Source: a virus
Length of the DNA: 64,000 nt
IMG/VR virus record: IMGVR_UViG_3300019458_000032
Span: 12,588 to 76,587 of that record
Strand: one strand, 5' to 3'
In this document: positions 39,605-49,858 of the stretch, in pieces
Layout: the number at the start of each line of letters is the position of its first letter
Numbering within the stretch: the first letter of the stretch is position 1
The notes under the pieces: generated by a model
What the model saw: the letters and a program-made list of their open reading frames with translations, nothing else
Told to the model about the DNA's origin: nothing
Database searches by the model: none
Program-made: the position numbers and the translations under genes

Positions 39605-40834
39605 TTAAGTATTAACAATTCCAGTTAAGATAACGTTGCGCCCAGGTGCAGCGCAGAACAAAGCTTGATCTGTGTACAGACGAAGCTCGTAAGCAGCGGC
39701 GTTCTCAGAATCTTTAAAGAACTGATCACCTTGACCAGGACGTTTAAAGGTAATGTCACTTGAACCTACTCTTGACCATTCACTAAGATCGAGCATATAG
39801 GCATAACCTTCTTTAACGTAAATGGAAGGTTGAATTTCAATCTCACCATTTTGCGAAAAGAATGTCAATGCACGAGAACCGTTTTTGGCTCTTTCTGTGC
39901 TATAGCTTGAATCATATTGACGAAGAGCAGCTTGGTCGTTGTTAAGATTTGCCCATCCGCGAGGATTAACAAGCAATAACAATTTACCTTCTTGACCTTT
40001 TTCAACTGGGCGAGCAGCAGCAGAGATGATTTTAGCAAAGCTAAGAGCACCAGCAACTGAATAGCTGTTACCTTTGAAGATATTAAATGCGGCGACATCA
40101 ATACCAAACAAAGAACCAGAAGATTGAGTCAAAATTTGATGAATACCAGGGAACTCATTTCCATAAGCTCCACCATGCCAAAGCACATCACCGGCAACGA
40201 TGCCAGGAATAACTGATTCGAGAGTAACAGTTTTAGCATCCAAATCAACTTGTTTAACTTTAGCTTCACCGCGAGAAACTGCACCAGAAGAATCTCTAAC
40301 TTCTACAGGCATTTTTTCAGCACCAACCCAAATACCAGGAGCCCATTCGGCTGTAGTAATTGTGATTGTAGCACTTGAAGAAGAAGCAACTGTTGCATAG
40401 CCAACTTGACCATAGAACATTTCAGCTTCCAATTTCTTTGTCATGGATCTAAGCATATTGCCTACAACATATTTTGTTGCATCCATGAAAGCTTGTTTAC
40501 TACCTTGTGAACGACTTACAGCGGCAATACCGATTAAGCCTCTCAAAAGAGCAGAATTACCTTTAATTGTGGCATCTTTAATAACGCCACTGATTGCAGG
40601 ACGAAGATTAAATGCATCTTCATCGCTTGAAGCAAAAGTAATACCATGCTCAAGACCAAGAACAACAGGTTGGTGGTAGCTATTACCAGGCTGTTTATCT
40701 TTCGACATAAAGTCGATCATATTTAAAACTTTAACACCATCAGGGATAAGTTCTTTTACCTTATCGGCATAGACTTCCTTGAATAGTGCATTCATATCGC
40801 CATATTTATTTGCGGCAGCAGTTGCAGAACTCAT
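39605..40834 (-). CDS. major capsid protein
   Basis: 409 aa, downstream of scaffold, followed by a strong terminator. N-terminal LFKEVY and C-terminal pattern consistent with HK97-fold capsid proteins. Confidence 0.8.
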   Translation of the reverse strand: MSSATAAANKYGDMNALFKEVYADKVKELIPDGVKVLNMIDFMSKDKQPGNSYHQPVVLGLEHGITFASSDEDAFNLRPAISGVIKDATIKGNSALLRGLIGIAAVSRSQGSKQAFMDATKYVVGNMLRSMTKKLEAEMFYGQVGYATVASSSSATITITTAEWAPGIWVGAEKMPVEVRDSSGAVSRGEAKVKQVDLDAKTVTLESVIPGIVAGDVLWHGGAYGNEFPGIHQILTQSSGSLFGIDVAAFNIFKGNSYSVAGALSFAKIISAAARPVEKGQEGKLLLLVNPRGWANLNNDQAALRQYDSSYSTERAKNGSRALTFFSQNGEIEIQPSIYVKEGYAYMLDLSEWSRVGSSDITFKRPGQGDQFFKDSENAAAYELRLYTDQALFCAAPGRNVILTGIVNT

Positions 40835-40844
40835 ACATTACTCC

Positions 40845-41333
40845 TTATGCTTGTTCGTCAACAGCGTATTCAACTTCTAAACATAGGTTGTGTGTACCTG
40901 ATGTTAGAGCAGCAGAGCTGTCAATGGTTAAAAGAATTTTATCTCCAATTGCATCTAAACCATCAGCATCACCCAACGAAACGTTGAATGTATTACCTGA
41001 CTCAGATTGAGTTGTAGATTGGCGAGAACATGAAGCTCTCAAAACTTTTTTAACGGGTTCACTAATTTTCACTAAACAATTCATGATACCAGTTGCATCA
41101 GAGGGAGCATCTGTATAAGTAGGTGCTGTTTGACCAGGATCTAATGCGCCAGAGGCTTCTGAGATATCATCTTGACCAGTTCCTTCCAAACGTAAAAATA
41201 ATACGGCTGGATCGTCTACTGATCTTGTTTTACTAGCAGGGGTAGCATTGCCGACAACTTGGAACTTCAATACAAGCCTTTGGGCTTTCAACTGAACGTT
41301 CTGTACGACGCTGCTTTGTGCATCATAAGACAT
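40845..41333 (-). CDS. putative capsid decoration/minor head protein
   Basis: Between scaffold and major capsid genes; strong AGGAG RBS. Confidence 0.5.
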   Translation of the reverse strand: MSYDAQSSVVQNVQLKAQRLVLKFQVVGNATPASKTRSVDDPAVLFLRLEGTGQDDISEASGALDPGQTAPTYTDAPSDATGIMNCLVKISEPVKKVLRASCSRQSTTQSESGNTFNVSLGDADGLDAIGDKILLTIDSSAALTSGTHNLCLEVEYAVDEQA

Positions 41334-41488
41334 TTTTTTTCTCCTAAATTAATTAAATTACACTTCTAAAACGTTACTTTTCGATAAGCAAAGTCATAAA
41401 TGTGTCTATAATCTTTTTAAGATATCTACGCCCTATGAAAGGTAACGTGGAGTCCACTAAAGCAGACAATTATACTTTTCTATCATAT

Positions 41489-41498
41489 ACAGTTGTTA
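41489..41498 (-). promoter_or_regulatory. phage promoter-like motif TAACAACTGT
   Basis: Lies between a terminator and the capsid operon. Confidence 0.7.
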
Positions 41499-41555
41499 AA
41501 ATAATGCATTTTTTATGCCAAAATTTTTATTAATATATAACTATTTGATTTTATT

Positions 41556-41585
41556 AAAAAAAGGGCCAGCTTCATGGCCAGCCCT
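41556..41585 (-). terminator. intrinsic terminator after scaffold gene
   Basis: AGGGCTGGC-catgaa-GCTGGCCCT hairpin followed by a T run. Confidence 0.7.
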
Positions 41586-41643
41586 CTAAACTCTACCACC
41601 TTCGCAAGTGATAGAGGTTGCACTCTAATAGTATTTTAAGCTA

Positions 41644-42660
41644 TTAGAAGCCGAAATACTTCTTATAATCAATTTTAGCAACTTCTTTGGGTTGAGCACT
41701 CTTTCCGCCAGCATCTTTAATTGACGACGCGTGTGTAGGAGCTGGAGAAGCTTTAGCTTTAGCTACATGTTTCTTTCTCATACGATCAAAGAGTTCTTTT
41801 TTAAACATTTCCTCGATTACATCTTCAGGGGCAGAGTTGATAAATTCTCTAATTTCGGATTTAATATCTTCTCTAACCAATGGAAGAACATCATCGGGTG
41901 TAATATCGATATTATTTTCAACACCTAACAATAGGTAATCACTCATCTTTTTAACAATATATGGAGTAGGTTTTTTAAATTCTGATTTCTCCAAAGCTTG
42001 AGTCATGAGATTATCATATTTAATAATTTCATTCTGAAGAGCAGTTTCTTTGCGTTCTTTTTCTCTTTCAGCCGCTAATTTATCTTTTTCATCTTTAAGC
42101 GACTTAAGTTCTGCTTCCATTGCCTCTTTAGCTCTTTGCTCTGGACTCTTTTCCATATCAGCCAAACGTTTTTCGACATAGCCTTTAACCAAATCGTCTA
42201 CGTTCATTCCTAATCCACCCTCGGAATCGGCTAAAACTCCCAATGGATCGCTTGTAAGTCTTTGAATTAACTCAGAAACTTCTTTTTTGAGCTCAGAATA
42301 TTCGGCCATTCTTTTTTGAGCAGCACGAGATAATTGAAGATGTTTTTTAACCTCTTCTTCATTATCCAAATCAAGTTCTAAATCTTCTTCTTTTTGATCA
42401 ACCTTGATTTTATATTTTTTCTTATTAGCCTTTTTAGCTGCTTCTTTTTTCTTTTCTTCTTTTGAAGATTTCTCACTAGCAGCTTCTATGGACTCAGGTT
42501 GTTCATCTGAATTTTCTTCAGTCTTTTCAGCATCTTCAATATTTTCACTACCATCGGTAGATTCTGCTGTTTCTAATACTTCGGTATTTTCAGTATTAGT
42601 AGATTCAGCGGCAGGTGCTGAACTTTCTGGGGCAGGCGTTGAATTTGTTGCTTCGGACAT
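41644..42660 (-). CDS. capsid scaffolding protein
   Basis: Acidic disordered N-terminus, YKIKVD-KEEDLEL motif, coiled coil; upstream of the major capsid gene. Confidence 0.75.
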   Translation of the reverse strand: MSEATNSTPAPESSAPAAESTNTENTEVLETAESTDGSENIEDAEKTEENSDEQPESIEAASEKSSKEEKKKEAAKKANKKKYKIKVDQKEEDLELDLDNEEEVKKHLQLSRAAQKRMAEYSELKKEVSELIQRLTSDPLGVLADSEGGLGMNVDDLVKGYVEKRLADMEKSPEQRAKEAMEAELKSLKDEKDKLAAEREKERKETALQNEIIKYDNLMTQALEKSEFKKPTPYIVKKMSDYLLLGVENNIDITPDDVLPLVREDIKSEIREFINSAPEDVIEEMFKKELFDRMRKKHVAKAKASPAPTHASSIKDAGGKSAQPKEVAKIDYKKYFGF

Positions 42661-42737
42661 ACTATTTTCTCCTATTTACGCGCATTTAAGCGTGGTTAAT
42701 AATAGAATCGTCTTCACCATGAAGATAGATTCTAAAG

Positions 42738-42747
42738 ATAGTTGTTA
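42738..42747 (-). promoter_or_regulatory. phage promoter-like motif TAACAACTAT
   Basis: Intergenic copy upstream of the scaffold gene. Confidence 0.6.
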
Positions 42748-42748
42748 A

Positions 42749-43303
42749 TTATTCATCTTTTAATGAATTCATATAAGCTTTTTTAATTTCTTCATCTAAT
42801 TCTTCTGGAGTTGGTCTATTTGGATTTTGTAATAATTGTTGTGAATCTTCTTGAGGTGCCATTAAACTTCTTAAATTTCTATATTTTTGCACATAATTAC
42901 TATCATCTAAAATTTCTGGAGTAATTTGTTCAGGGTTTAAATTATGCCCTTTTAACCAACTATATGCAGCCTTTTCTTCATTTCCTTCTTGTTTTTCAAG
43001 TGAATGTTTAGCCAATTCTTCAGCTAAATGTTGTTCAATATTAGGATTTTTTTCTAAAGTTTGTTTTAATACATCTGGGGAAAGTTTATAAAGTTCTACC
43101 ATTTCAGGTGTAACCTCATTTTTTAATCTTTTTCGACTAATAATTTCTTTTACAGTATTAGGCATTAAACCGTAATTACCAATAGCTCTATCGCCTTTTT
43201 GAAGATTATCTAAAGTAATTTCTGGATGATTAAAATTCTTACCACCACTAGATTCAATTTGTTTTATTCTTTCCAAAAAATCTTTTATCTTTTTATCAGC
43301 CAT
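42749..43303 (-). CDS. lysozyme-like/lytic transglycosylase-like virion protein
   Basis: IKQIESSGG (catalytic Glu), AIGNYGLMP-T, AAYSW, YVQKY. Confidence 0.7.
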   Translation of the reverse strand: MADKKIKDFLERIKQIESSGGKNFNHPEITLDNLQKGDRAIGNYGLMPNTVKEIISRKRLKNEVTPEMVELYKLSPDVLKQTLEKNPNIEQHLAEELAKHSLEKQEGNEEKAAYSWLKGHNLNPEQITPEILDDSNYVQKYRNLRSLMAPQEDSQQLLQNPNRPTPEELDEEIKKAYMNSLKDE

Positions 43304-43440
43304 ACAATGGTTCCAATCATTAAAATATTCAAAAATAAAGATGAATAAAATAATCTTTTATATTTTTTTATGGTATAATTGTCCATAAAACTTCTTTTAA
43401 TTTTAGGATGATTAGGATCTTGAAATATGATTTTACCCAT
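43285..43440 (-). CDS. 51-aa single-TM protein (absent from ORF track)
   Basis: MGKIIFQDPNHPKIKRSFMDNYTIKKYKRLFYSSLFLNILMIGTIVWLIKR; fills the gap and has an AAGGA RBS. Confidence 0.55.
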   Translation of the reverse strand: MGKIIFQDPNHPKIKRSFMDNYTIKKYKRLFYSSLFLNILMIGTIVWLIKR

Positions 43441-43936
43441 TTTTATTCCTTAAATATTCAGATAATTTTTCATAAATTTCATGTGGTGGAGTAATTGCCA
43501 AGTCTATATTTAAATCTGGAACAATATTTTCTTCAATTAGACATTTATATACTTCATCACACAAAAACGCGTTATCTTTAGCCCATTTATTCTTTTTAGG
43601 AAAAGGAATTTTAAAAACTTTTTTTAATAACCCTCTCCACGCGAAATAAAAAAATCCTGGATAATCATAATCTCGACTATCGTATTTATCAACAATTCTA
43701 TCCCAAATTCTATCCTCAATTTCAATTGGTAAATTAAGTTCAATTAAATGAACAATTTCAAAAGATTTTTGAGCATTTCTAAAAAATTTTGGATGTGTTC
43801 CCATTAAATTAGATTCAAACATTAGTCCACCTGCTGGACTATTAAATACTAGAGCAAAATGACTACAATCGGTTTCTAAACCCCATCTAATTATATTACT
43901 CAATACTAAATTACTTTTTGTCCAAATTAATTTCAT
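43433..43936 (-). CDS. permuted papain-like NlpC/P60 (YiiX/YebB-like) protein
   Basis: SHFAL (His), YDY, FLCDE (Cys). Confidence 0.65.
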   Translation of the reverse strand: MKLIWTKSNLVLSNIIRWGLETDCSHFALVFNSPAGGLMFESNLMGTHPKFFRNAQKSFEIVHLIELNLPIEIEDRIWDRIVDKYDSRDYDYPGFFYFAWRGLLKKVFKIPFPKKNKWAKDNAFLCDEVYKCLIEENIVPDLNIDLAITPPHEIYEKLSEYLRNKNG

Positions 43937-44247
43937 AAACTACTTAATATTTGTATTAAACGATTTTTAAATACTTGTTTTCTCTCTTCAGTTAAAAAGG
44001 GAGCCATTTCTGGTGTGATCTTTATTGATTCAACTGCTTTATATGTTTCCCAAAGAGAACCAGTTGAACCATAATACATTACATCTCTAACAGCATCTAC
44101 AATTAATTTTGTCTTTCCGGCAGCAGTTATTTGATCGATTACGTTCTCTCCACCAAATTCATTTATTAAAACTTGAAATCCTTCTTGCGCTTTTTTTATT
44201 TTCGAAGCACCAATTGCTATTAAATATGGTGGTACATTAATTGTCAT
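43933..44247 (-). CDS. hypothetical protein
   Basis: Packed ORF. Confidence 0.55.
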   Translation of the reverse strand: MTINVPPYLIAIGASKIKKAQEGFQVLINEFGGENVIDQITAAGKTKLIVDAVRDVMYYGSTGSLWETYKAVESIKITPEMAPFLTEERKQVFKNRLIQILSSL

Positions 44248-44249
44248 AA

Positions 44250-44432
44250 TTATTCAAACACCAAAAAGAATTTACCAGTATCAAAATTCTGTAAAGGAGT
44301 TAGGTTTTCTTCCGCCATGCCTTTTAACCAGTATTTATTTTCACCTACTTTAGAATCTTGAAAACGAATTCCATCGTATGTGTTCCCATCAATCCAATAT
44401 TTTTGATCACCCTTGGGATCTACAGCACTCAT
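44250..44432 (-). CDS. hypothetical protein
   Basis: Packed ORF with internal duplication (KYWIDG / KYWLKG). Confidence 0.5.
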   Translation of the reverse strand: MSAVDPKGDQKYWIDGNTYDGIRFQDSKVGENKYWLKGMAEENLTPLQNFDTGKFFLVFE

Positions 44433-46897
44433 GAATTTACGCTCCAGTCATCTACATTAATCCAACCCGCAGTTCCGTCGCAGTCAACGTAAAATTGAAA
44501 TACAGCATCGTCTGTTATAGCAACCGTTGTTCCAGTTAATAACTCAAATGCTCCATTACCAGCCGCCGTTGAAGTCGCAATTACAGTGTCTGAAGTTATC
44601 CCAACTGCTGGATCTGCTTTTAAAATCAATCTTGGTTGATTACCATTATAAGCAGTGCCATCACCAGCAACAGATTTACGAACATAAACATTTATAACAA
44701 CAGTTTGTCCATTAGGTACTGCAACCTTTTTAAGGCTTCCTTGTAATTTATTTGTGGCTTGGGCGTTATTGGGAGTCATTCTAACGGATGGAGAACCCTT
44801 ATTGAAAATAGTTGTATCAGGTATAATAACTCCGTATTTTTTTGTTGTTATATGACTCCCAGCAGTTTGTTGGTTTCTAGCTGATGCAATATATGCATTT
44901 TCTGTCATATTACCAGCATTAGATAATTTTGTAGTAGAACTTCTTAAACAATTTCTCAATGTAACTCTTGGCCAAATTAATACACCTGAAACGTTAACAT
45001 CTCCGGTAGAATGTGTTGTTGTTGCGCCAAACGTTGAATTATCTACATAAATCTCATAACAATCACCCGCTATATTTAATCCAATTGGGCAGGTTAAAGT
45101 TACTCCAGAATTTATTGTCATGTTTTTTAAATAAATGTTTGCACAATCGGTTCCACCAAAACTAACATTTGCTGTCGCATTACCAAATGATGTTACAGTA
45201 TCAACTATAAAAGAAAATGCATTCGATAAATTTAAACCATTTGTGGTATTTCTCCAAGTAGTCACATTACTAATTGTACCCATTGGGTTATTCGTGACGC
45301 CCAAAAGATTTACTAAAGAAACACCAATAGTTGTATTCGAATGTGAAATAAATCCACTTAATGTTCCAAATATTTCAGTTGCGGTCCCAACTGAATCTTG
45401 TAATGTTATACCAGCTCCTGTGGCACTTACAGCAGTTAAATTTGTAATTGTTCCAGTTAAATCAGCGATATTAAAACAAGTCGCTCCGGTTAATATTGCT
45501 ATATTATTATTTATTGTATACGAACTATTAGTTGTTGCCGATTGAATTAATGCACTACTTGCTGTATTGTAAAATACATTATTAGTTATTGTATGATTGT
45601 TAGCGGTACCAGAATTAATATTTAATCCAATTGAACTGGCAACATTAAAATCGTGTATGGAGCAATTTGTTATTGTTGCACTACCTGTATTTATACCTAA
45701 ATCTATACCACGTTTAGATGCTGTTGCAGAACCCATATTATAAAATTCCATTGAATCGAAATTTATAATTGCTGTTCCTAGTATATTAACATATGTTTGA
45801 TTTGTCGTGCTTGCACTAAATATTTTAACATTTCTAGTTAAATTTATTAATTCGCCAGCAGTTGGACTAGTTCCAGAATGTGCATTTGTTATAGCGGTGA
45901 TTGTTAAAGTTGTACCAGACGCATTTGCTGTAAGTGCTTTACTTTCAGACTCAGCTTTTGTCCTAGTGGTTGAAGCTAAGGCGATAAGATCTCCATTTAA
46001 CCACCCCGTACTAACATTTGTAGTTAATGATGTGGCAGCAGCGGCAGCATCGGCGGCTAAAAATGCACTATTCGTTATAAGTGCTCCACCACCAGTGCAA
46101 GTAGAACCTAATCTAGATTCAAATCCAAATTGAACGTTTGAACCACAAACAAATTCTAACGATGCTGAACTAGTTGCTGGAACTCTTGTTCCCGCTGGAT
46201 TTCCCTGTTGATATATTGAATTTGTGTATACGGTTAAATTTCCACCTAATTTTAAATAATATGCAGTACTTGCTGTTGTCCCCCAGTCCAATGTTCCTCT
46301 ACCACATATTTGTATATTACCAAACGTGGTTGCTCCGGCATCGGCATTATCCATAGTTACTGTAAAACTATTTCCGGTTGTTGCTCCAGTTCTTTCCCCA
46401 GCTACCACTAAATTATCTCCAGATGCAGGGGCTTTAGTTGTGGTTGTTCTGAGTAATCTAGACCAATTAGAAGCAGTTGCATCTCTATAAAGAGTAACTT
46501 GAGCATTCGTTGACGTCTGAACTTGAACTGTATAATTTGTTGCAACTATTAATGATACAGGAGCGGAAAATTTCATAAAAATCCACCCAGTATTTGTCGA
46601 TCCATTAACTGCGATTATATCAGTAACGTTAATTGTTACAGTTGTTCCAATAACTGCTGCGGTTCCATCGTGAAGTCTAACGGAAAAAGTTCCAGTTGGA
46701 GCACCACTTCTAGCACTAACTTTAACGGCTATACCATCAATTATAATTGCTCCAGGGGTAAATGCCGAACTACTAACAAATGCTGTGGTTGTATTAGTTG
46801 TATTTGTCTCAGAATCTAATAATGACGTTGCATCTACTAAACTCCAAGTTGCCGCAGTTGTAAAATTTCCTGAACTATTATTTAATAAAGTCGCCAT
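44429..46897 (-). CDS. tailspike-like parallel beta-helix protein
   Basis: T/N/S/G-rich with ITNCSIHD, ITNNVFY and INNNIA repeats; INLTRNVKI linker. Confidence 0.75.
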   Translation of the reverse strand: MATLLNNSSGNFTTAATWSLVDATSLLDSETNTTNTTTAFVSSSAFTPGAIIIDGIAVKVSARSGAPTGTFSVRLHDGTAAVIGTTVTINVTDIIAVNGSTNTGWIFMKFSAPVSLIVATNYTVQVQTSTNAQVTLYRDATASNWSRLLRTTTTKAPASGDNLVVAGERTGATTGNSFTVTMDNADAGATTFGNIQICGRGTLDWGTTASTAYYLKLGGNLTVYTNSIYQQGNPAGTRVPATSSASLEFVCGSNVQFGFESRLGSTCTGGGALITNSAFLAADAAAAATSLTTNVSTGWLNGDLIALASTTRTKAESESKALTANASGTTLTITAITNAHSGTSPTAGELINLTRNVKIFSASTTNQTYVNILGTAIINFDSMEFYNMGSATASKRGIDLGINTGSATITNCSIHDFNVASSIGLNINSGTANNHTITNNVFYNTASSALIQSATTNSSYTINNNIAILTGATCFNIADLTGTITNLTAVSATGAGITLQDSVGTATEIFGTLSGFISHSNTTIGVSLVNLLGVTNNPMGTISNVTTWRNTTNGLNLSNAFSFIVDTVTSFGNATANVSFGGTDCANIYLKNMTINSGVTLTCPIGLNIAGDCYEIYVDNSTFGATTTHSTGDVNVSGVLIWPRVTLRNCLRSSTTKLSNAGNMTENAYIASARNQQTAGSHITTKKYGVIIPDTTIFNKGSPSVRMTPNNAQATNKLQGSLKKVAVPNGQTVVINVYVRKSVAGDGTAYNGNQPRLILKADPAVGITSDTVIATSTAAGNGAFELLTGTTVAITDDAVFQFYVDCDGTAGWINVDDWSVNS

Positions 46898-46899
46898 AA

Positions 46900-47145
46900 T
46901 TATTCTTCACCTTGTTCTTCTTGTTGATCTTCAATTGCGGGTTCTTGTTCAAGTTCAATAAGAATTCTTGAAATTTCTTTTTTAGCTTCTTGATATAAAA
47001 ATTCTTGATCAATTTCATCTGGAGATAATTTAAAAGTTTTTTCAATTCTATAAGTGGGTTTTCCACCTTCTAAATCTTCTAAAATTAGAGTATAATTAGT
47101 TTCACCAAATTGATAATGTTTATTAATATATCTAGATGTATACAT
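46900..47145 (-). CDS. hypothetical protein (possible fibre chaperone)
   Basis: ATG 47145 with AAGGA RBS. Confidence 0.5.
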   Translation of the reverse strand: MYTSRYINKHYQFGETNYTLILEDLEGGKPTYRIEKTFKLSPDEIDQEFLYQEAKKEISRILIELEQEPAIEDQQEEQGEE

Positions 47146-47146
47146 T

Positions 47147-49039
47147 TTAATTAAATCCTTTAGCAACAGCGACAACGTCCCATTTGGAATCTGTACTATT
47201 ATATATACAACCCATATAATCAACTTTATTTGCGCCCGTAGAAAGAACTAATGCTTCTATATCTAATCCAAATCTAAAAATTGCGTTAAATGCTAAAGTT
47301 CTTCCACCTGTTCCATCTTGTCTAAATCTATATGTTATCTTTTGTCCATTTGTAGGATTTGTTGGAGCACCCAATGTTCTATTAGTCGTTAACGTTACAG
47401 TAAATGTATTGCCCAATGATGCATCTGTTGCAATAGTTGCGGCATCAGTTAATGCTACAGTATTTAATGTGAATCCAGTATTTGTTCCTGATTCTTCACC
47501 ATGGGTTGCGAGAGGTCTAACTTCAATAATACCTGTTGTTGCATCTGATTTTAAAACAATACCAATTCTTTGCCATATACTATTAGGAGATGTTGGTTTT
47601 GTTGTCGTCAACGCTCCAGCGGTTGTTGCTGATAAATAAACTCTAGAACCAACAACAAATGCAGATGTGTCAAAATTCGATAGATTACCAATTGATAATA
47701 CTCTTCCGTATGCACCATTAGCAATTGTTTCCATTGCTAAACCAAGTGCTGGAACAGTATTTGATGAATCAGCTTTCGCTAATGCAATTGTCAAAGTATT
47801 AGATGTTGGGGAATCTGAACCATTTGCATAAACAGCTTGACCTTTAGTGATTGTGGAGCCTGTTGTATTCCTCGCAATAAAAATAGTATCTCTCAGAATA
47901 GTATTAACTGTTCCTGTTTCATCTAGAAAATGAAGTCTAGAAAATCCTTGAGATACATCTAAATAAATATTAGCTTTCGTTGCTGCTGGCGTTGATGGTG
48001 TAGAAGTTTGTGTAAGTTGTAAAAATGTAGTTAAGTTTAAAGCATTAAATGTTGGACTAGAAGACGTTGCAATGTCTTGTGGAGTTGCAAATGTTACCGT
48101 ACCTACACCGTGAGTAACAGTAATTTGATTAGCCGTACCCAATAAAGACTTGTATTCACCCGCTGTTGCACCGGCATTAACACCTAATACTTGATTGGCT
48201 GTCCCTAATGATGCAGGCAATTCTGCGTCAATTTTTGCTTTATCTGTTGAACTCATGAATCCATGAGCTAATGATGTTGCTAAAGCGTGTAATGTTGGAC
48301 TTGTTTGAGCACCATGATTATGAACGTGATCAGAAAGAGCAAAACTTGCAGCGGCCCCTTGAACGTTTGCCGTTCCAATTTGAACTGGAACTCCGCTTGG
48401 GATATTATGAACGTGGTCAGACCTAGCGAAACTTGTTGCAACTCCTTCTGCGTTTGATTGATCTGGAGTTTGGGTTACAACGATAGCTGTTGATAATGCA
48501 TCAGCACCACCTGGGTTATGACGAGATGCGTGAGCTTGAACTGTAATACCGTTAAATGTTGCTCCAGTTACTGCACCAACCGCATTGATGTCACCACCAG
48601 CATTGATATTTTTTTCTACACCTAAACCACCTTCGGTTACAATTGCTCCAGTATCTTTATCTGTAGATTGTGTAGTTCCTGAAGAAATTAAATTTACTAA
48701 AGTTACAGTGGAAGCTGCAAAATTTCCCGATCCATCTCTTTTTACAATTGTACTTGGAGTATTTACCGCTGTTGCAGCTTGAGTATCATTTACAGATGTT
48801 GCAATTTCAAGAGCAGTTTTTCCACCCACTGAGTTAACTGTAGCTGGAACTGATCCTGGACCGCTGGCAGAAACATCTCCAGTTAAATCGGTTATGGCAT
48901 CAGGTGTCCCAATAGGAACTTCATTACCATCGGAATCTTGAACATATACTACATCATCAGTTTTAGCATAAAGTAAAATAGCTCCAATTGGTGGTGGAGG
49001 AGGTGTTGAACTTACTTCATCTAATCTTATCTTTGCCAT
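47147..49039 (-). CDS. tail fibre-like protein
   Basis: ARSDHVH and ALSDHVH repeats, GGLGVEKNINAGG, C-terminal QDGTGGRTL module. Confidence 0.75.
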   Translation of the reverse strand: MAKIRLDEVSSTPPPPPIGAILLYAKTDDVVYVQDSDGNEVPIGTPDAITDLTGDVSASGPGSVPATVNSVGGKTALEIATSVNDTQAATAVNTPSTIVKRDGSGNFAASTVTLVNLISSGTTQSTDKDTGAIVTEGGLGVEKNINAGGDINAVGAVTGATFNGITVQAHASRHNPGGADALSTAIVVTQTPDQSNAEGVATSFARSDHVHNIPSGVPVQIGTANVQGAAASFALSDHVHNHGAQTSPTLHALATSLAHGFMSSTDKAKIDAELPASLGTANQVLGVNAGATAGEYKSLLGTANQITVTHGVGTVTFATPQDIATSSSPTFNALNLTTFLQLTQTSTPSTPAATKANIYLDVSQGFSRLHFLDETGTVNTILRDTIFIARNTTGSTITKGQAVYANGSDSPTSNTLTIALAKADSSNTVPALGLAMETIANGAYGRVLSIGNLSNFDTSAFVVGSRVYLSATTAGALTTTKPTSPNSIWQRIGIVLKSDATTGIIEVRPLATHGEESGTNTGFTLNTVALTDAATIATDASLGNTFTVTLTTNRTLGAPTNPTNGQKITYRFRQDGTGGRTLAFNAIFRFGLDIEALVLSTGANKVDYMGCIYNSTDSKWDVVAVAKGFN

Positions 49040-49048
49040 TTTATTTCC

Positions 49049-49360
49049 TTAAATTAATACCAATTCTGAATCGCCCAATAAAATAATATCACCCGTTACT
49101 AAATCTATATCTGTTCCAATAATTGTGTGCTTATCGGGAATAATAACATCATTTAAAATTTCTCTATTAAACACAAAAGCTTGTGCTCTTATATCCCCAG
49201 AATCGCCTAATATAGCTAAACTATTTTGTATCAGTTTTCCAGTTGTTCCATCAAATCTAGTAATTGCATTATCTGTAGAACTAGCTGGACCAAAAACATC
49301 TCCACCTTGATTATTCACCAAATCTAGATTGCCGGTTATTGGATTAAATTTAAAAGGCAT
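49049..49360 (-). CDS. small virion protein
   Basis: FNPITGNLD; GPASSTDNAITRFDGTTGKLIQNS fibre-type motif. Confidence 0.6.
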   Translation of the reverse strand: MPFKFNPITGNLDLVNNQGGDVFGPASSTDNAITRFDGTTGKLIQNSLAILGDSGDIRAQAFVFNREILNDVIIPDKHTIIGTDIDLVTGDIILLGDSELVLI

Positions 49361-49361
49361 T

Positions 49362-49853
49362 TTATACTACCGCCACATTTAAAATTAAACTTTTCGTTGA
49401 ATCTGTATAATTAACCGTCGCTGTCTGTTGAACTGTTCCAGCAATTCCACCAACTCTAGATGCATAAACTTCTTGGGTTGCGGATGGATATGTTGCTGTT
49501 ATTGCATCAAATGGTATTGTGAATAATTGAACCGTTTTTACATTTATACTACCATCTGTATTTATTTCAAGTTCATCACCATCACTGTCGTGTATTGCTA
49601 AATTATCTCCATCGGCAGCATCTACAGATATAGCTAATGAATTAATAACACTAACATCTAAAGCTGTTTTAGGACCAACGGTTGTGGATGTTAAAAAATT
49701 TGTTCCATCTCCCAGTCTAACACTATCAGTTGTATGACTTAAATCAACCGTTATCGACCCAATAGTTACTTCCGCATCCACGCGAATTCTATTGGTGGGT
49801 TCGTCATAGATATTTTGTATGACTTGTTGAAAGTCTAGTTTAGTGCCAGCCAT
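49362..49853 (-). CDS. putative virion protein
   Basis: Beta-rich; position. Confidence 0.55.
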   Translation of the reverse strand: MAGTKLDFQQVIQNIYDEPTNRIRVDAEVTIGSITVDLSHTTDSVRLGDGTNFLTSTTVGPKTALDVSVINSLAISVDAADGDNLAIHDSDGDELEINTDGSINVKTVQLFTIPFDAITATYPSATQEVYASRVGGIAGTVQQTATVNYTDSTKSLILNVAVV

Positions 49854-49858
49854 TTAAC